From contig DXCK01000090.1 in assembly GCA_019116045.1 (NCBI GenBank), forward strand, positions 11,914 through 75,913: a stretch of DNA of 64,000 nt, given 5' to 3'. Source of the DNA: Candidatus Bacteroides merdipullorum (GTDB taxonomy: Bacteria; Bacteroidota; Bacteroidia; Bacteroidales; Bacteroidaceae). Positions 17,501 to 26,910 of this stretch are shown here, one piece after another (position 1 is the first letter of the stretch; every line of letters starts with the position of its first letter). Under the pieces are notes generated by a model. The model was not told where the DNA came from. It did not search any database and saw only the letters and a program-made list of their open reading frames with translations. The position numbers were made by a program, and so were the translations under genes.

Positions 17501-18309
17501 TCGGCGTTTTCTTCATCTACGAAGTGCACGTCGTTCGTGCAGATAACCTTGATATTGTATTTCTTGGCATATTCCAGCAGCTTGGCGTTCACTTTCTGCT
17601 GCAAAGGGTAGGCTTCGTGGTTGGCGCGTTCGACGGTTGCCTTGTGGCGTTGCAGTTCTAAGTAATAGTCTTCGCCGAAGAGGTTCTTGTACCATTGAAT
17701 GGCTTCCTCGGCCTCGTCGAATCGGTCGGCAGTTATCTTCTTGGGCACTTCTCCGCCCAGGCAGGCCGAGCAGACGATGAGTCCCTCGTGATATTTTTCC
17801 AGTTCGTATCGGTCGGTACGGGGGCGCATGTAGTAGCCTTTAGTCCAAGCATGAGACACCAGCTTGATAAGGTTATGGTAGCCCTTTTCGTTCTTCGCCA
17901 GGACGATGAGGTGCCAGCCACTCTGGTCGGGCTTTCCTTCCTTTTTGTCCATGGTTCTGCGAGCCACGTACATCTCGCAACCGATGATGGGCTTGAAGAG
18001 TTTTCCTTCTGCCTCGGCGATTTTGTCTCGGCAAGCCGTCAGCTCAGCCTCGGTTTCTGCGTCTCTTGGCGAAACATTCTCCAGCTCAGCGATGCGTTTC
18101 TTCAGGTCTTTGATTTCTCCGCGCGGTCCGCTGTTCTTTTTGTTGACGTAGTTGTAGAACTCTTTGATGCCGAACATGTTGCCGTGGTCGGTGACGGCGA
18201 TGCCTTTCATGCCGTCTTTTATGGCTTTATCCACCAGACGGCTGACGCTGGCCTGGCCGTCGAGGAGCGAATATTGGGTATGTACGTGTAGATGGACGAA
18301 ATCTTGCAT
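14512..18309 (-). CDS. dnaE: DNA polymerase III alpha subunit
   Basis: FVHLHVHTQYSLLDG PHP domain, GPGRGSAAGS, PDIDVDF, KMDFLGL, YAFNKSH; start at MQDFVHL. Confidence 0.98.
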   Translation of the reverse strand: MQDFVHLHVHTQYSLLDGQASVSRLVDKAIKDGMKGIAVTDHGNMFGIKEFYNYVNKKNSGPRGEIKDLKKRIAELENVSPRDAETEAELTACRDKIAEAEGKLFKPIIGCEMYVARRTMDKKEGKPDQSGWHLIVLAKNEKGYHNLIKLVSHAWTKGYYMRPRTDRYELEKYHEGLIVCSACLGGEVPKKITADRFDEAEEAIQWYKNLFGEDYYLELQRHKATVERANHEAYPLQQKVNAKLLEYAKKYNIKVICTNDVHFVDEENAEAHDHLICLSTNKDLDDPTRMLYTKQEWMKTKAEMNQLFEDIPEALSNTLEILDKVEYYSIDHAPIMPTFAIPEDFGTEEEYRKKYTEKDLFEEFTRDENGNVVLDEAAANAKIKRLGGYEKLYRIKLEADYLAKLTFDGAKKLYGDPLSEEVRERLVFELYIMKTMGFPGYFLIVQDFINAARTQLGVSVGPGRGSAAGSAVAYCLGITKIDPIQYDLLFERFLNPDRISLPDIDVDFDDDGRGDVLRWVTEKYGQEKVAHIITYGTMATKMAIKDVARVEKLPLAESDRLCKLIPDKIPDKKLNLPNAIAYVPELQAAEASPDPKMRNTIKYAKMLEGNVRGTGVHACGTIICRDDITDWVPVSTAEDKETGEKMLVTQYEGSVIEDTGLIKMDFLGLKTLSIIKEAVANVKLHRGIDLDIDTIPIDDPATYKLYCDGRTVGTFQFESAGMQKYLRELQPSTFEDLIAMNALYRPGPMDYIPDFIDRKWGRKPIEYDIPIMEKYLKDTYGITVYQEQVMLLSRLLANFTRGESDALRKAMGKKLRDKLDHMKPKFIEGGKKNGHDPKVLEKIWADWEKFASYAFNKSHATCYSWVAYQTAYLKANYPAEYMAAVMSRSKDNITDITKFMDECKAMGIKVLGPDVNESNLKFTVNAEGNIRFGLGAVKGVGESAVQSIIEGREKEGPYKGIFDFVQRVNLNACNKKNLECLALAGAFDNFSELTREQYFAVNAKNESFLETLVRYGNRYQMDKAMALNSLFGGENMVDVSTPEILPAERWSDLERLSKERELVGIYLSAHPLDEFSVILDYVCNTHMKELENKESLAGREITMGGMVTAVRRGTSKNGNPYGIVRIEDYTGSAELPFFGNDWVTWQGYLGERTFLFIKARCQPKQWKQNELEIKVTSIELLPDVKEKLVEKITIFIPLSILNKGLIAELADLTKAHYGNTQLCFKVMDKDTRMAVDLVSRPVKLNVGRELISYLKGHPDLRFQIN

Positions 18310-18494
18310 AGTTTGAGTTTTCCTTTTTAATGAGCGCATAAAAATACAACCAAATGCGGGATTGGGCAAAATATTTCCCCAAAAGTTATTAACAGGTACT
18401 TTTCTGTACGCTTTTTTTGCTTCATGTTCAAAATAAGCCTATTTTTGCACGCAGATTCTACATTATTTATAATAACTGTTGCAATTACGAGATA

Positions 18495-19181
18495 ATGGGT
18501 CGTTTGAAAAGATTGAAGAAAATACGCATACACCGTGAAGGTACACATACACTGGCTGGCAGCTTTTTGTTACTGTTAATAATTAATGCTGCGCTTTACT
18601 GGGGGTTGGAGACCAGGATTCCTTTCTACATCACTGCCTTGCTGAGCCTGGTGATTTATGGGATTATGGTTAATTTCTTCCGTTGTCCTATCCGGCTGTT
18701 CGGGCAAGATACGGAGAAGGTGGTGGTGGCTCCTGCGGATGGAAAGGTTGTAGTCGTGGAAGAGGTGGATGAAAACGAGTATTTCCACGACCGTCGTATT
18801 ATGGTATCTATTTTCATGAGTTTGGTGAACGTGCATGCCAACTGGTATCCGGTGGATGGAACCGTTAAGAAAGTCACTCACCAGAACGGCAAATATCTGA
18901 AAGCTTGGCTTCCTAAGGCCAGTACGGACAATGAACGTTCGACCGTGGTCATCGAGACGCCCGAAGGTGTGGAGGTGATGGCCCGTCAGATTGCCGGTGC
19001 TATGGCCCGGCGCATTGTCACCTACGCCGTGGAGGGTGACGAGTGTTACATTGACGAGCACATGGGGTTCATCAAGTTCGGGTCGCGCGTGGATGTGTTC
19101 CTGCCGCTGGGCACTGAGGTGCTGGTCAAACTGGGGCAAACTACCACGGGTAACCAGACTGTCATTGCCAGACTAAAATAA
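18495..19181 (+). CDS. psd: Phosphatidylserine decarboxylase proenzyme
   Basis: [28 protein letters not shown] (FGS cleavage site). Confidence 0.93.
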   Translation: MGRLKRLKKIRIHREGTHTLAGSFLLLLIINAALYWGLETRIPFYITALLSLVIYGIMVNFFRCPIRLFGQDTEKVVVAPADGKVVVVEEVDENEYFHDRRIMVSIFMSLVNVHANWYPVDGTVKKVTHQNGKYLKAWLPKASTDNERSTVVIETPEGVEVMARQIAGAMARRIVTYAVEGDECYIDEHMGFIKFGSRVDVFLPLGTEVLVKLGQTTTGNQTVIARLK

Positions 19182-19198
19182 TTATTTTCTTTTTGCTT

Positions 19199-19906
19199 AT
19201 GGCTAATTGCATTACTCGTCACATTCCCAATACGCTGACTTGCCTGAATCTTTTTTCGGGCTGTGTGGCCGCTGTCATGGCGTTTCAGTCTCGTTATGAC
19301 ATGGCTTTGTTGTTCATCATCATAGGTGCGGTGTTCGACTTTTTCGACGGGATGGCGGCGCGTGCGCTTCATGCTTATTCCAATATCGGCAAGGATCTCG
19401 ACTCGCTGGCCGATGACATCAGCTTCGGCTTGGCCCCATCGGTGGTGGTCTTTTCTCTGTTGCGTGAGATGCCTTATCCGCCTTATCTGGAGGCGGTAGC
19501 TCTTTATTTCCCCTATGTGGCCTTCTTGATTGCTGTCTTTTCGGGCTTGCGTTTGGCCAAGTTCAACAATGATGCGCGGCAGACCACTTCGTTCATCGGT
19601 TTGCCTGTCCCGGCCAATGCGTTGTTCTGGGCGGCACTGGTGGCGGGGTTTCACCCCTGGTTGTCGGAGGGGGCGCTTCATCCTTTGCTGTTGTTAGTGC
19701 TGGTGTGTCTGTCGTCGTGGCTGTTGGTGAGCGAGGTGCCCATGTTTTCATTGAAGTTCAAGAACCTGTCGTGGGCGGACAATAAGTTGCGTTTCCTCTT
19801 CCTGACTGTTTGCATTGTGCTGCTGGCCTGTCTGCAAGTCAAGGGCTTGTCTGCCTGCATCGTGTGGTATGTCTTGCTTTCGCTCTGCACGGCTAAGCGG
19901 GGTTGA
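19199..19906 (+). CDS. pssA: CDP-diacylglycerol--serine O-phosphatidyltransferase
   Basis: PNTLT, DFFDG..AR, G..LDSLAD.ISFG.AP, RLAKFN. Confidence 0.93.
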   Translation: MANCITRHIPNTLTCLNLFSGCVAAVMAFQSRYDMALLFIIIGAVFDFFDGMAARALHAYSNIGKDLDSLADDISFGLAPSVVVFSLLREMPYPPYLEAVALYFPYVAFLIAVFSGLRLAKFNNDARQTTSFIGLPVPANALFWAALVAGFHPWLSEGALHPLLLLVLVCLSSWLLVSEVPMFSLKFKNLSWADNKLRFLFLTVCIVLLACLQVKGLSACIVWYVLLSLCTAKRG

Positions 19907-19976
19907 ACTTTTTTTCGGCACGGTTGTTGTAGTTATACCTTCAGAGGTAATTCATTTTTAACTTAAAACCGGATAT

Positions 19977-20270
19977 ATGCTTCATTTCTTAGGATTTATT
20001 CTGATTATCATATTGGCCATTGTATTCATAGGCATCGCCATCCTGCTCAGTATGGTGCGGGGTGTCTTTGGCTTTGGTCGGGGGAAAAATACGACGGCTT
20101 ATCAGAGGGCCGGCGGTGCGGACCGTGCGGGGGCTGAACGTGTGCGGAGGACCGCTGTGTCGGACGATGGGACTGTGACTGTGGAAGAGGGGGAACTGCA
20201 TATCAACCGGAAGAAGATTTTCGGTAAAGACGAGGGCGAGTATGTGCCTTATGAAGAGGTGAAAGAGTGA
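19977..20270 (+). CDS. DUF4834-family membrane protein
   Basis: N-terminal TM segment; C-terminal KKIFGKDEGEYV.YEE. Confidence 0.8.
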   Translation: MLHFLGFILIIILAIVFIGIAILLSMVRGVFGFGRGKNTTAYQRAGGADRAGAERVRRTAVSDDGTVTVEEGELHINRKKIFGKDEGEYVPYEEVKE

Positions 20271-20354
20271 GGTGCTTAAGCGGGCGCTCGTCTGGCGATT
20301 CTCCCTGCTGTTGTGGCTGTTGGGCCGACGTGTGGCAGGGGGAGGTCTTGAAAC

Positions 20355-20390
20355 AGAAAAGGGAGAGTAATCATTACTCTCCCTTTTCTT
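20355..20390. terminator. Bidirectional terminator
   Basis: GAAAAGGGAGAGTAA-TCA-TTACTCTCCCTTTTC. Confidence 0.85.
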
Positions 20391-20408
20391 TGTTAGGGGT
20401 ATGCAGTC

Positions 20409-20681
20409 TTATGCCTCTGCTTTTGTCTCTGCCGGGATGACGGACACGTAGCGTCTGTCTTCGCGGGTTACTTTGAACTGTACAGTTCCGTCTACCAAGG
20501 CGTACAGAGTGTGGTCGCTGCCCATACCGATGTTTTTGCCCGGATGGAACTCGGTTCCTCTCTGACGGACGATGATGTTGCCTGCCTTGCAAGCTTCACC
20601 GCCGAATATTTTAACGCCTAATCTCTTACTTGCTGATTCGCGGCCGTTCTTAGAACTACCAACACCTTTTTTATGTGCCAT
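20409..20681 (-). CDS. rpmA: 50S ribosomal protein L27
   Basis: [16 protein letters not shown]. Confidence 0.98.
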   Translation of the reverse strand: MAHKKGVGSSKNGRESASKRLGVKIFGGEACKAGNIIVRQRGTEFHPGKNIGMGSDHTLYALVDGTVQFKVTREDRRYVSVIPAETKAEA

Positions 20682-20704
20682 TTCTTCTTACTGTTTTTAA
20701 TTGA

Positions 20705-21022
20705 TTAAGCTACTACTTCTTTGATTGTCAATTCCGTGAACTGTTCGCGGTGGCCTTTCAGCTTGCGATAGCCTTTTCTTCTCTTCTTGTGGAACACAAG
20801 CACTTTGTCGCCTTTTACCAGCGGAGATACTACTTCGCAAACCACTTTTGCACCTTCTACGGTGGGAACTCCCACGGTGATGACGCCGTCTTTGTCTACC
20901 AACAGCACTCTGTCAAACTCTACCGTTGCACCGCTTTCTGCGTTCTGCATGTGGTGAACGAACAATTTCTTTCCGGCCTCTACTTTGAATTGCTGGCCTT
21001 GGATTTCTACAATTGCGTACAT
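20705..21022 (-). CDS. rplU: 50S ribosomal protein L21
   Basis: [14 protein letters not shown]...KKRRKGY...GHR. Confidence 0.98.
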   Translation of the reverse strand: MYAIVEIQGQQFKVEAGKKLFVHHMQNAESGATVEFDRVLLVDKDGVITVGVPTVEGAKVVCEVVSPLVKGDKVLVFHKKRRKGYRKLKGHREQFTELTIKEVVA

Positions 21023-21368
21023 TTCTTATAAAACTATGTATAAGTTAGCTCCGGCGGGTGGTCCCTAATCACTTAGAGAGCGCTTAACTGAACCCGTTGC
21101 GGAATAATCGGCTGCAAAGGTACGGATTTTATCCGAGACGGGCAAGAATAGGCAGGGCTTTTTTATCCGTTTTTTTGTCAGTCTTCATGCCGGCTTGTCG
21201 CGAAACAGCTTCAACATGTCGCTGAACTGCTGGGCGATGAAGGTGAACTGGGGATGGTCGGAGGCCTGGATGGTTTGCTGCTTCCGGTCGGTCGGGCTTC
21301 TTCCGGACAAGAAGCCCGGCCGTTGTGTGTCAGGACCGCGCTTCTTCCGGACAAGCACCGCGCTCCGC

Positions 21369-23333
21369 TCAGAGCAGGCTTTCGGCTGCGGCGATAAGGA
21401 GGAGTACGAACATCACGATGCCGATGAGCAGCAGGAGGGCGTAGACGAACATCAGCAGTGTGCGTCCCAAGCTTTCCCACCACGAGCAGAGGTATAACTG
21501 GCGGAAGTCCCACCAGAAGAGCAGGAAGATGGCCCACCACGGCAGGGCGAAGAGGTCGTCGGCATAGGCGGTCAGGCCGATGGGCAGAAGCAGGATGCTG
21601 ACCAGCATGATTTGTCCGGCGATGTAGGCTTGTATGAAGAAGTGCTCCATCAGGTTGAAGCACACCTTGGGCGGGCAGCGTCTGAGCCGGCGGCGGCTTT
21701 GGAAGGCCCAGAGCGTGGCAATGGCCAGCAGGGGCAGCGTGGCGACGACGTGCAGCGTGCGGTTGCCGTGGCTCCAGCGTTTCAGCAGTTCCCATACGCG
21801 GTTGAGGAAGGGGACGCTGCGGATGCCGGCTTCCAGGCGGTGGCTCAACTTAGTCTCTCCGGCCAGGGTTCGGGCGGCTTGGCTCAGTTCGTCGAGGTCG
21901 CTCTGGTCGGCGGCGGCCAGAGAGTCGGCAGTATGAAGTTTCTGTGTCAGTTCTTTCTGCAAGAGGGCGATGGCCAGCTCGTTGGCGGCTTTGGACAGGG
22001 TGTCGTCGGCATAGACGCTGTCTTCTTGTAGGTCGGCGATGGACTCGCGCAGCTTGGCCACTTGCACGGAGTCGCTCTCTACCGTTGGCTTTTCCGTCTG
22101 TATCTGGGGGATGACCAGTTGCACGGCCAGCAGGTAGAAGGCCACGAGCAGGAACAGCGTCTGGAGCGGCATGGAGTGACTGGCCCGACGGCCCTGCATG
22201 AAGTCGCGCATCAGGTGGCCGGGGCGGTAGAGCAGGGCGACGAGTGTGCGGCCGAACTTGCCGTCTACGCGGAACAGGCTGCGCAGGATGTTGCCCGGCG
22301 CATGCTTCAGCCGGAAGCGATAGACGGAACGTGTCTGCCCGCAGCGGGGGCAGAAGTTGCCTGTGAAGGTGTGTCCGCAGTTTCGGCAGGTGCAGGGCTG
22401 CGTGCTGAGCGGGGCGGGCGTCTTGCCGCGAATCTGGCGGATGTGCAGGGCGCGGCAGCGGACGATGAGGGGGTGGCACCGCGTGCGCAACCATTGTTTG
22501 GCAGCCGGAGGCAGGACACGGCGCGTGCGGAGGACTCGGAGCAGGTAGGCAAGGAAGAAGAGGAAGAAGAGGTACGTCGGGTCGTCGTCCAGCGGAAAGC
22601 TTTCTTCGCAGGCAATCCATAGCAGCAGGGCCAGGATGAGCACCTGGTGCACGGCGATGCGTCGGCGGGCGGTGGGGTGGGGCGTCTTCTCGTCCTCGTC
22701 CAGCAGTTCGTCCAGCGAGGCCATGATGCGGCGGTGCGGATAGGCGGCCAGTTCGTCGGCGGTGGTGACGCCGTGGGTCACTCCGGCAAAGTCTACCCCG
22801 GCGGCCCGGGCCGTTTCGGCATCGACGGTGCTGTCGCCCACGTAGAGCACGTCCGTCTTTTCGACGCCCAGCCGCTCGATGGCCAGCAGCAGCCCCTCGG
22901 GGTCGGGCTTGGCGCGGGTGACGTCTTCGCCGCCCACCACAATGTCCAGAAAGTCGGCGGGGAGGTGCTGGTCCAGCAGTTCGTGGATGCGGAAGCGGTA
23001 TTTGGTGGAGATGATGCCCACGCGGGCGCCGCGCTCCTTCAGCGTCTGCAGCACGTGCAGGGTCTCGGGGAAGAGGCGCGTGTTGGGCGTCATGTGCACG
23101 TCGGCTTCCCGGCGGTATTCGGCTTTGAAGGCCGCCAGGCGCGTCGGGTCGTCGACGCCCGTCAGCAGGGCGAACGACTCTTCCAGCGTCTTGCCGATGG
23201 TGCGGCGGATGGCGTCGTCGGTCACGTCGCCGTAGCCGTGGCGCTGGAGCACGTGGCGGAAACACATCACGATGCCGCGCGACGAGTCGGCCAGGGTGTA
23301 GTCGAAGTCAAAGAGATAGGCTGCGTAGGACAT
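21369..23333 (-). CDS. HAD-family phosphatase fused to a zinc-ribbon / DUF3667-like membrane domain
   Basis: DFDYTLADS, KPDPEG, YVGDS..D, then CRNCG..FTGNFCPRCGQ and TL..LLYRPG. Confidence 0.8.
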   Translation of the reverse strand: MSYAAYLFDFDYTLADSSRGIVMCFRHVLQRHGYGDVTDDAIRRTIGKTLEESFALLTGVDDPTRLAAFKAEYRREADVHMTPNTRLFPETLHVLQTLKERGARVGIISTKYRFRIHELLDQHLPADFLDIVVGGEDVTRAKPDPEGLLLAIERLGVEKTDVLYVGDSTVDAETARAAGVDFAGVTHGVTTADELAAYPHRRIMASLDELLDEDEKTPHPTARRRIAVHQVLILALLLWIACEESFPLDDDPTYLFFLFFLAYLLRVLRTRRVLPPAAKQWLRTRCHPLIVRCRALHIRQIRGKTPAPLSTQPCTCRNCGHTFTGNFCPRCGQTRSVYRFRLKHAPGNILRSLFRVDGKFGRTLVALLYRPGHLMRDFMQGRRASHSMPLQTLFLLVAFYLLAVQLVIPQIQTEKPTVESDSVQVAKLRESIADLQEDSVYADDTLSKAANELAIALLQKELTQKLHTADSLAAADQSDLDELSQAARTLAGETKLSHRLEAGIRSVPFLNRVWELLKRWSHGNRTLHVVATLPLLAIATLWAFQSRRRLRRCPPKVCFNLMEHFFIQAYIAGQIMLVSILLLPIGLTAYADDLFALPWWAIFLLFWWDFRQLYLCSWWESLGRTLLMFVYALLLLIGIVMFVLLLIAAAESLL

Positions 23334-23340
23334 TGGGGAA

Positions 23341-23430
23341 TAATTAATGATAATGGTTAATGGTTAATGGTGAATGGTATCTGATGGTCGCTCGTAGGTA
23401 TTAACCATTTATCATTCACCATTTACCATT
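23341..23430. repeat. Inverted heptamer microsatellite hairpin, (TAATGGT)n...(ACCATTW)n
   Basis: taatgataatggttaatggttaatggtgaatggt ... ttaaccatttatcattcaccatttaccatt. Confidence 0.85.
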
Positions 23431-23434
23431 CTTC

Positions 23435-24316
23435 TCAGTTCATCGGTTTCACGTCGTAGCCCTGCGACTTCAGCAGGCTGAGCACGCCTTTGTCGCCCGG
23501 CAGGTGTCCGGCGCCTACGACGAAGAGGGTGGAAGCCGTCTGCATGATGGCAGGCATCTGCTTGGCCCAGGCTTGGTTGCGGTCATACAACAGTTGAGCC
23601 ATCTCTTCGGGAGTAGGGTCGCACGAGGTGCCTTCCTTTTCCTCCATCAGCCGGAGCATTTTGTCCAAGTCTTGGGCAGCGTAAGCGGCGATGAGTTCCT
23701 TGGCTTGGCGTTCGGCCTTGTCGGGGTCGCTGACGAAGCAGTAGAGGTCTTCGGCCTGGCGGCGCAAGGGCTTGTTGAAGAGAATGTCCACTTGCGACTG
23801 CGCCGTCTCCAGGCCACCCACCTTCTTGCCCGCCTTCGCGGCTTCCTGCTGGAAAGAGGCGTCCAGTTGTTCCTGCGGGTTATAGCCCGGCGTGTGTTTC
23901 ATGTAGAACAGCACGGTGAGTTGCTGGAAGAGGGCGGCGGGCTTCATGCGGTCCAGCAGGGCGATGTCTGCCTTCAGATATTCCGTCACGGTGCGGGCCA
24001 CCACCTCGAACTCTTCGGGGGTGAAAAGACTGCGGAGCGTGGTGTCTGCGGGCAGCATCATCTGTTGCTGCATCTGCATGAGGAACTCGGGCTTCATCAT
24101 GTCGGCCATGACCAGCTCGCCGTACACCTGGCGCACGTCTTGTTGCACTTGCGGCAGGGCAGCGATGCTGTCCTTGATGCCGGGCGAAGAGAGGTGGTAG
24201 GTGCCGAAGATATAGGACGGTTCCTGCAATCCGTTGCCGGAGACCTTCCAAAGCAGTTGAGCTTGTGCGCCGAGTGTGGTTGCGACAAGCAGCAGGAGAG
24301 AGAGTAATCGTTTCAT
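23435..24316 (-). CDS. TraB/GumN family protein
   Basis: LLWKVSG...SYIFGTYH, GLET, DRN..W, FVVGAGHL. Confidence 0.92.
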   Translation of the reverse strand: MKRLLSLLLLVATTLGAQAQLLWKVSGNGLQEPSYIFGTYHLSSPGIKDSIAALPQVQQDVRQVYGELVMADMMKPEFLMQMQQQMMLPADTTLRSLFTPEEFEVVARTVTEYLKADIALLDRMKPAALFQQLTVLFYMKHTPGYNPQEQLDASFQQEAAKAGKKVGGLETAQSQVDILFNKPLRRQAEDLYCFVSDPDKAERQAKELIAAYAAQDLDKMLRLMEEKEGTSCDPTPEEMAQLLYDRNQAWAKQMPAIMQTASTLFVVGAGHLPGDKGVLSLLKSQGYDVKPMN

Positions 24317-24365
24317 GAGGATGGATGATAAATGGTTGATGCTTGATACGTTTCACGGTTACTGA

Positions 24366-25139
24366 TTAGCTGTTGGCTGTCGGGCCCTCCGGCGTTTCCG
24401 TGGCGGGGGCTTCTTCCGCAGGCTGCGGTTCGCCCTCGGCCCGCAGTTCGAAGTAGTCCTCCAGTTCCTTCTCGGCCTGTCCGTCGCGGTTGTCGATGTC
24501 GCGCAGGATGACGCCGTGCTCCAGCAGGGCGATGCGCGGACAGATGTCGACCGTGTGGTTCAGGTTGTGGCTGGAGATGAGGACGGTGGCGCGGTGCTCT
24601 TCGTTGTAGGCGCGGAGCAGATGCTTGATGATGGCCTGGCTCGACGGGTCGAGGAAGTTGAAGGGCTCGTCCAGGATGAGCAGCCGAGGATGGTGCAGCA
24701 TGGCGCTGATGATGCCAATCTTCTGCTTGTTGCCCATGGAGTAGTTGCGGATGAACTTCTTCTGCCCCAGCACCTCGCCGTTCATGAAGCGTTCGAAGGG
24801 GCGGAGCCGTTCGTCCACCTCTTCCTTTTTCAGTCCGTACATGCGGCCGATGAAGTAGAAGTACTCCTCGGGCGTCAGGTAGTCGATGAGGAATCCGTCG
24901 TCGATGTACGCGCCGGTGATGTCTTTCCAGTCTTCGCTTTGGCTGACGTCGGTGCCCTCGATGGTGACGTTGCCCGCGTCTGCTTTCACCAGGTCCAGTA
25001 TGAGGCGGAACAGCGTGGTCTTGCCCGCGCCGTTGTTGCCCACCAGGCCCAGCATGTCGCCCGTGGCGATGGAGTATTGGTCGATGTCAATGGCTCGTTT
25101 CGAGCCGTAGCTCTTTTGTAATTGGTTGATTTCTATCAT
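24366..25139 (-). CDS. ABC transporter ATP-binding protein
   Basis: GNNGAGKTT, YSMGNKQK, ILDEP, SSH; start at MIEINQL. Confidence 0.93.
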   Translation of the reverse strand: MIEINQLQKSYGSKRAIDIDQYSIATGDMLGLVGNNGAGKTTLFRLILDLVKADAGNVTIEGTDVSQSEDWKDITGAYIDDGFLIDYLTPEEYFYFIGRMYGLKKEEVDERLRPFERFMNGEVLGQKKFIRNYSMGNKQKIGIISAMLHHPRLLILDEPFNFLDPSSQAIIKHLLRAYNEEHRATVLISSHNLNHTVDICPRIALLEHGVILRDIDNRDGQAEKELEDYFELRAEGEPQPAEEAPATETPEGPTANS

Positions 25140-25201
25140 ATTATTCTTTCTTCTTGAAGGTTCGTATAATGGGCGGTGCGGCGTGGCTGCTGCCTGCTCT
25201 G

Positions 25202-25290
25202 TTTGTCCGATACTGTCTTCTCGCTTTGTCTGATACTGTCTTCTGGCAGTGTTCACTACTGTTGTCTTCCGGCAGTGCTCGCTACTGTTT
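25202..25290. repeat. Degenerate 23-26 bp tandem repeats
   Basis: tttgtccgatactgtcttctcgc / tttgtctgatactgtcttctggc / agtgttcactactgttgtcttccggc / agtgctcgctactgtt. Confidence 0.7.
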
Positions 25291-25306
25291 TGATTGAGCC
25301 TTCGCC

Positions 25307-26803
25307 TCAGCGTTGGCGGCTGTCTCGGAAGCCTTCCATGTTCTGGTAGCGGCGGCGCATCAGCCGAGTGTAGACGTTGCGTATCCACAGCCGCGAGGTC
25401 AGTATGAAGCCCAGGCCCAGGGCGGCGAGCGTCCAGCGGGCTACGGTGTCGTCGAACGCCAGGCGGAGCGGCACGTAGACGGCGAACGGCAGGAGGAAGG
25501 CGGCAAAGGCCATGATTTGTTGCATGCTGGTGCCCTGGTTGCTGCGGCTGGTCATTTTGGCGTTGAGGTCGACGGTGCGGTTGTTGTACACCGCCACTTG
25601 GAAGAAGCAGAAGCTGATGGGGCCGGCCGTAAACAGCAGCCACGACACGTTCTGCAACAGCGTCAGCTTACCCGTCACCACGCCCGGCAGCATCAGCAGG
25701 AAGGGCACAACCAGGGCGGCGGTGTAGAGTGCGTACTTGGCCTGCAACAGCGAGAAGATGGACTCGCGGCGGCTCATCAGCCCGTCCATGTAGTTGCCCT
25801 CGTAGCCCATCAGCGTCGAGAAGGAGAGCAGCGTGACGATGACGTAGTTGTACAGCACCCAGAAGTTGTTCATCCCCCCGCTGCTGTAAACGTCCGTGAA
25901 GCCGATGACCGCACTGATGGCCACCACGGCACACACGATGGTGATGAGCGACTTGCGACACATCTTGTTCCTCAGCATCAGCTTCAGTTCCAGGCGCATG
26001 TATTCGCCCACCAGGCCGTAGCGGTCCAGGAAGCGGTATTCGCTTAGGGTCTTTACCTGCACGGTGGTGTCTTCGGTCTTGTTCAGCTCGTCGTATATCA
26101 TGCGACGGATGATCCGGCTGTCTACCCACCACAGCAGGGCGATGCAGACCACCACTGCCAGGAACACCCATGCGTTGCCCGTGATGAAGCCTTCGCCCAG
26201 GTCGCGGAACCAGTCGAACACGGGGCTTTCTTCCGGCAGGAACATTCCCAGCGCCAGTCCTCCATAGACGGCCACAGGCAGCAGTATCCACCAGATGCGT
26301 TCGCCCAGCAACGTGCGGCACAGCAGGAACCAGTAATTATTTACCAGCATCAGCAGCCAGATGCCCAGGCAGTAAGTCAGTACTCCCCACAGCCCGTAGA
26401 ACTTGGTGATGGTGATGATGGCAAACGGCGCGAACAGGAACAGCCAGATAAGGTTGAAGCCGTTCATCCCCGAGCGCACCAGCAGGAAATCTATCAGACG
26501 GTTCCGGCGTACGGGCAGCAGCAGGTAGGGCTTTACCTCCTGCGTCGGCGTCTTCTGGAAAGGGAAACGGAGCAGGAAGTCCAGCGCAAGAACGAAGGCC
26601 AGTCCGGAGTTGAGGATGTGGTACGGCTCCACCGACCCGCCCTCGAAGCCGAAGGCGAACATCGTGCCGAAGAAGATGAGGTAGCCCGCCCAAAACGTGG
26701 CGCCCAAGTACATCCAGAAGCGGGCGAAGCGGCTCTTGTCGTACATCGGGTGGCGCTTGTCGGCCAGGCGGCCGTGGCGGCGCAGTTCTAAGAATAGGTT
26801 CAT
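25307..26803 (-). CDS. DUF5687-family membrane protein (probable ABC permease partner)
   Basis: Multi-TM; KPYLLLP and GEYMRLELK..RNK; directly upstream of the ABC ATPase; start at MNLFLEL. Confidence 0.85.
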   Translation of the reverse strand: MNLFLELRRHGRLADKRHPMYDKSRFARFWMYLGATFWAGYLIFFGTMFAFGFEGGSVEPYHILNSGLAFVLALDFLLRFPFQKTPTQEVKPYLLLPVRRNRLIDFLLVRSGMNGFNLIWLFLFAPFAIITITKFYGLWGVLTYCLGIWLLMLVNNYWFLLCRTLLGERIWWILLPVAVYGGLALGMFLPEESPVFDWFRDLGEGFITGNAWVFLAVVVCIALLWWVDSRIIRRMIYDELNKTEDTTVQVKTLSEYRFLDRYGLVGEYMRLELKLMLRNKMCRKSLITIVCAVVAISAVIGFTDVYSSGGMNNFWVLYNYVIVTLLSFSTLMGYEGNYMDGLMSRRESIFSLLQAKYALYTAALVVPFLLMLPGVVTGKLTLLQNVSWLLFTAGPISFCFFQVAVYNNRTVDLNAKMTSRSNQGTSMQQIMAFAAFLLPFAVYVPLRLAFDDTVARWTLAALGLGFILTSRLWIRNVYTRLMRRRYQNMEGFRDSRQR

Positions 26804-26809
26804 GGATTT

Positions 26810-26906
26810 AATGAAGAATGAAGAATTAAGAATGATGAATGAAGAGTGAAGAACGAAGAATGAATCAGTCAGGTGATTCTTCATTCTTCGTTCTTCATTC
26901 CTCATT
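26810..26906. repeat. Inverted heptamer microsatellite hairpin, (ATGAAGA)n...(TCTTCAT)n
   Basis: About 9 direct units, then about 4 reverse-complement units, between the M16 and DUF5687 genes. Confidence 0.9.
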
Positions 26907-26910
26907 TAAC

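Noticed and set aside
23435-24316. TraB name suggesting conjugation, and topB (47315-49465) suggesting an ICE
   Set aside because: TraB/GumN is a Tiki-like protease family, both genes sit in housekeeping context, and no tra, relaxase or integrase genes are present.
26804-26905. N-terminal extension MRNEERRMKN...FFVLHSSF of the DUF5687 ORF
   Set aside because: It is just the translation of the heptamer repeat hairpin; the likely start is 26803.
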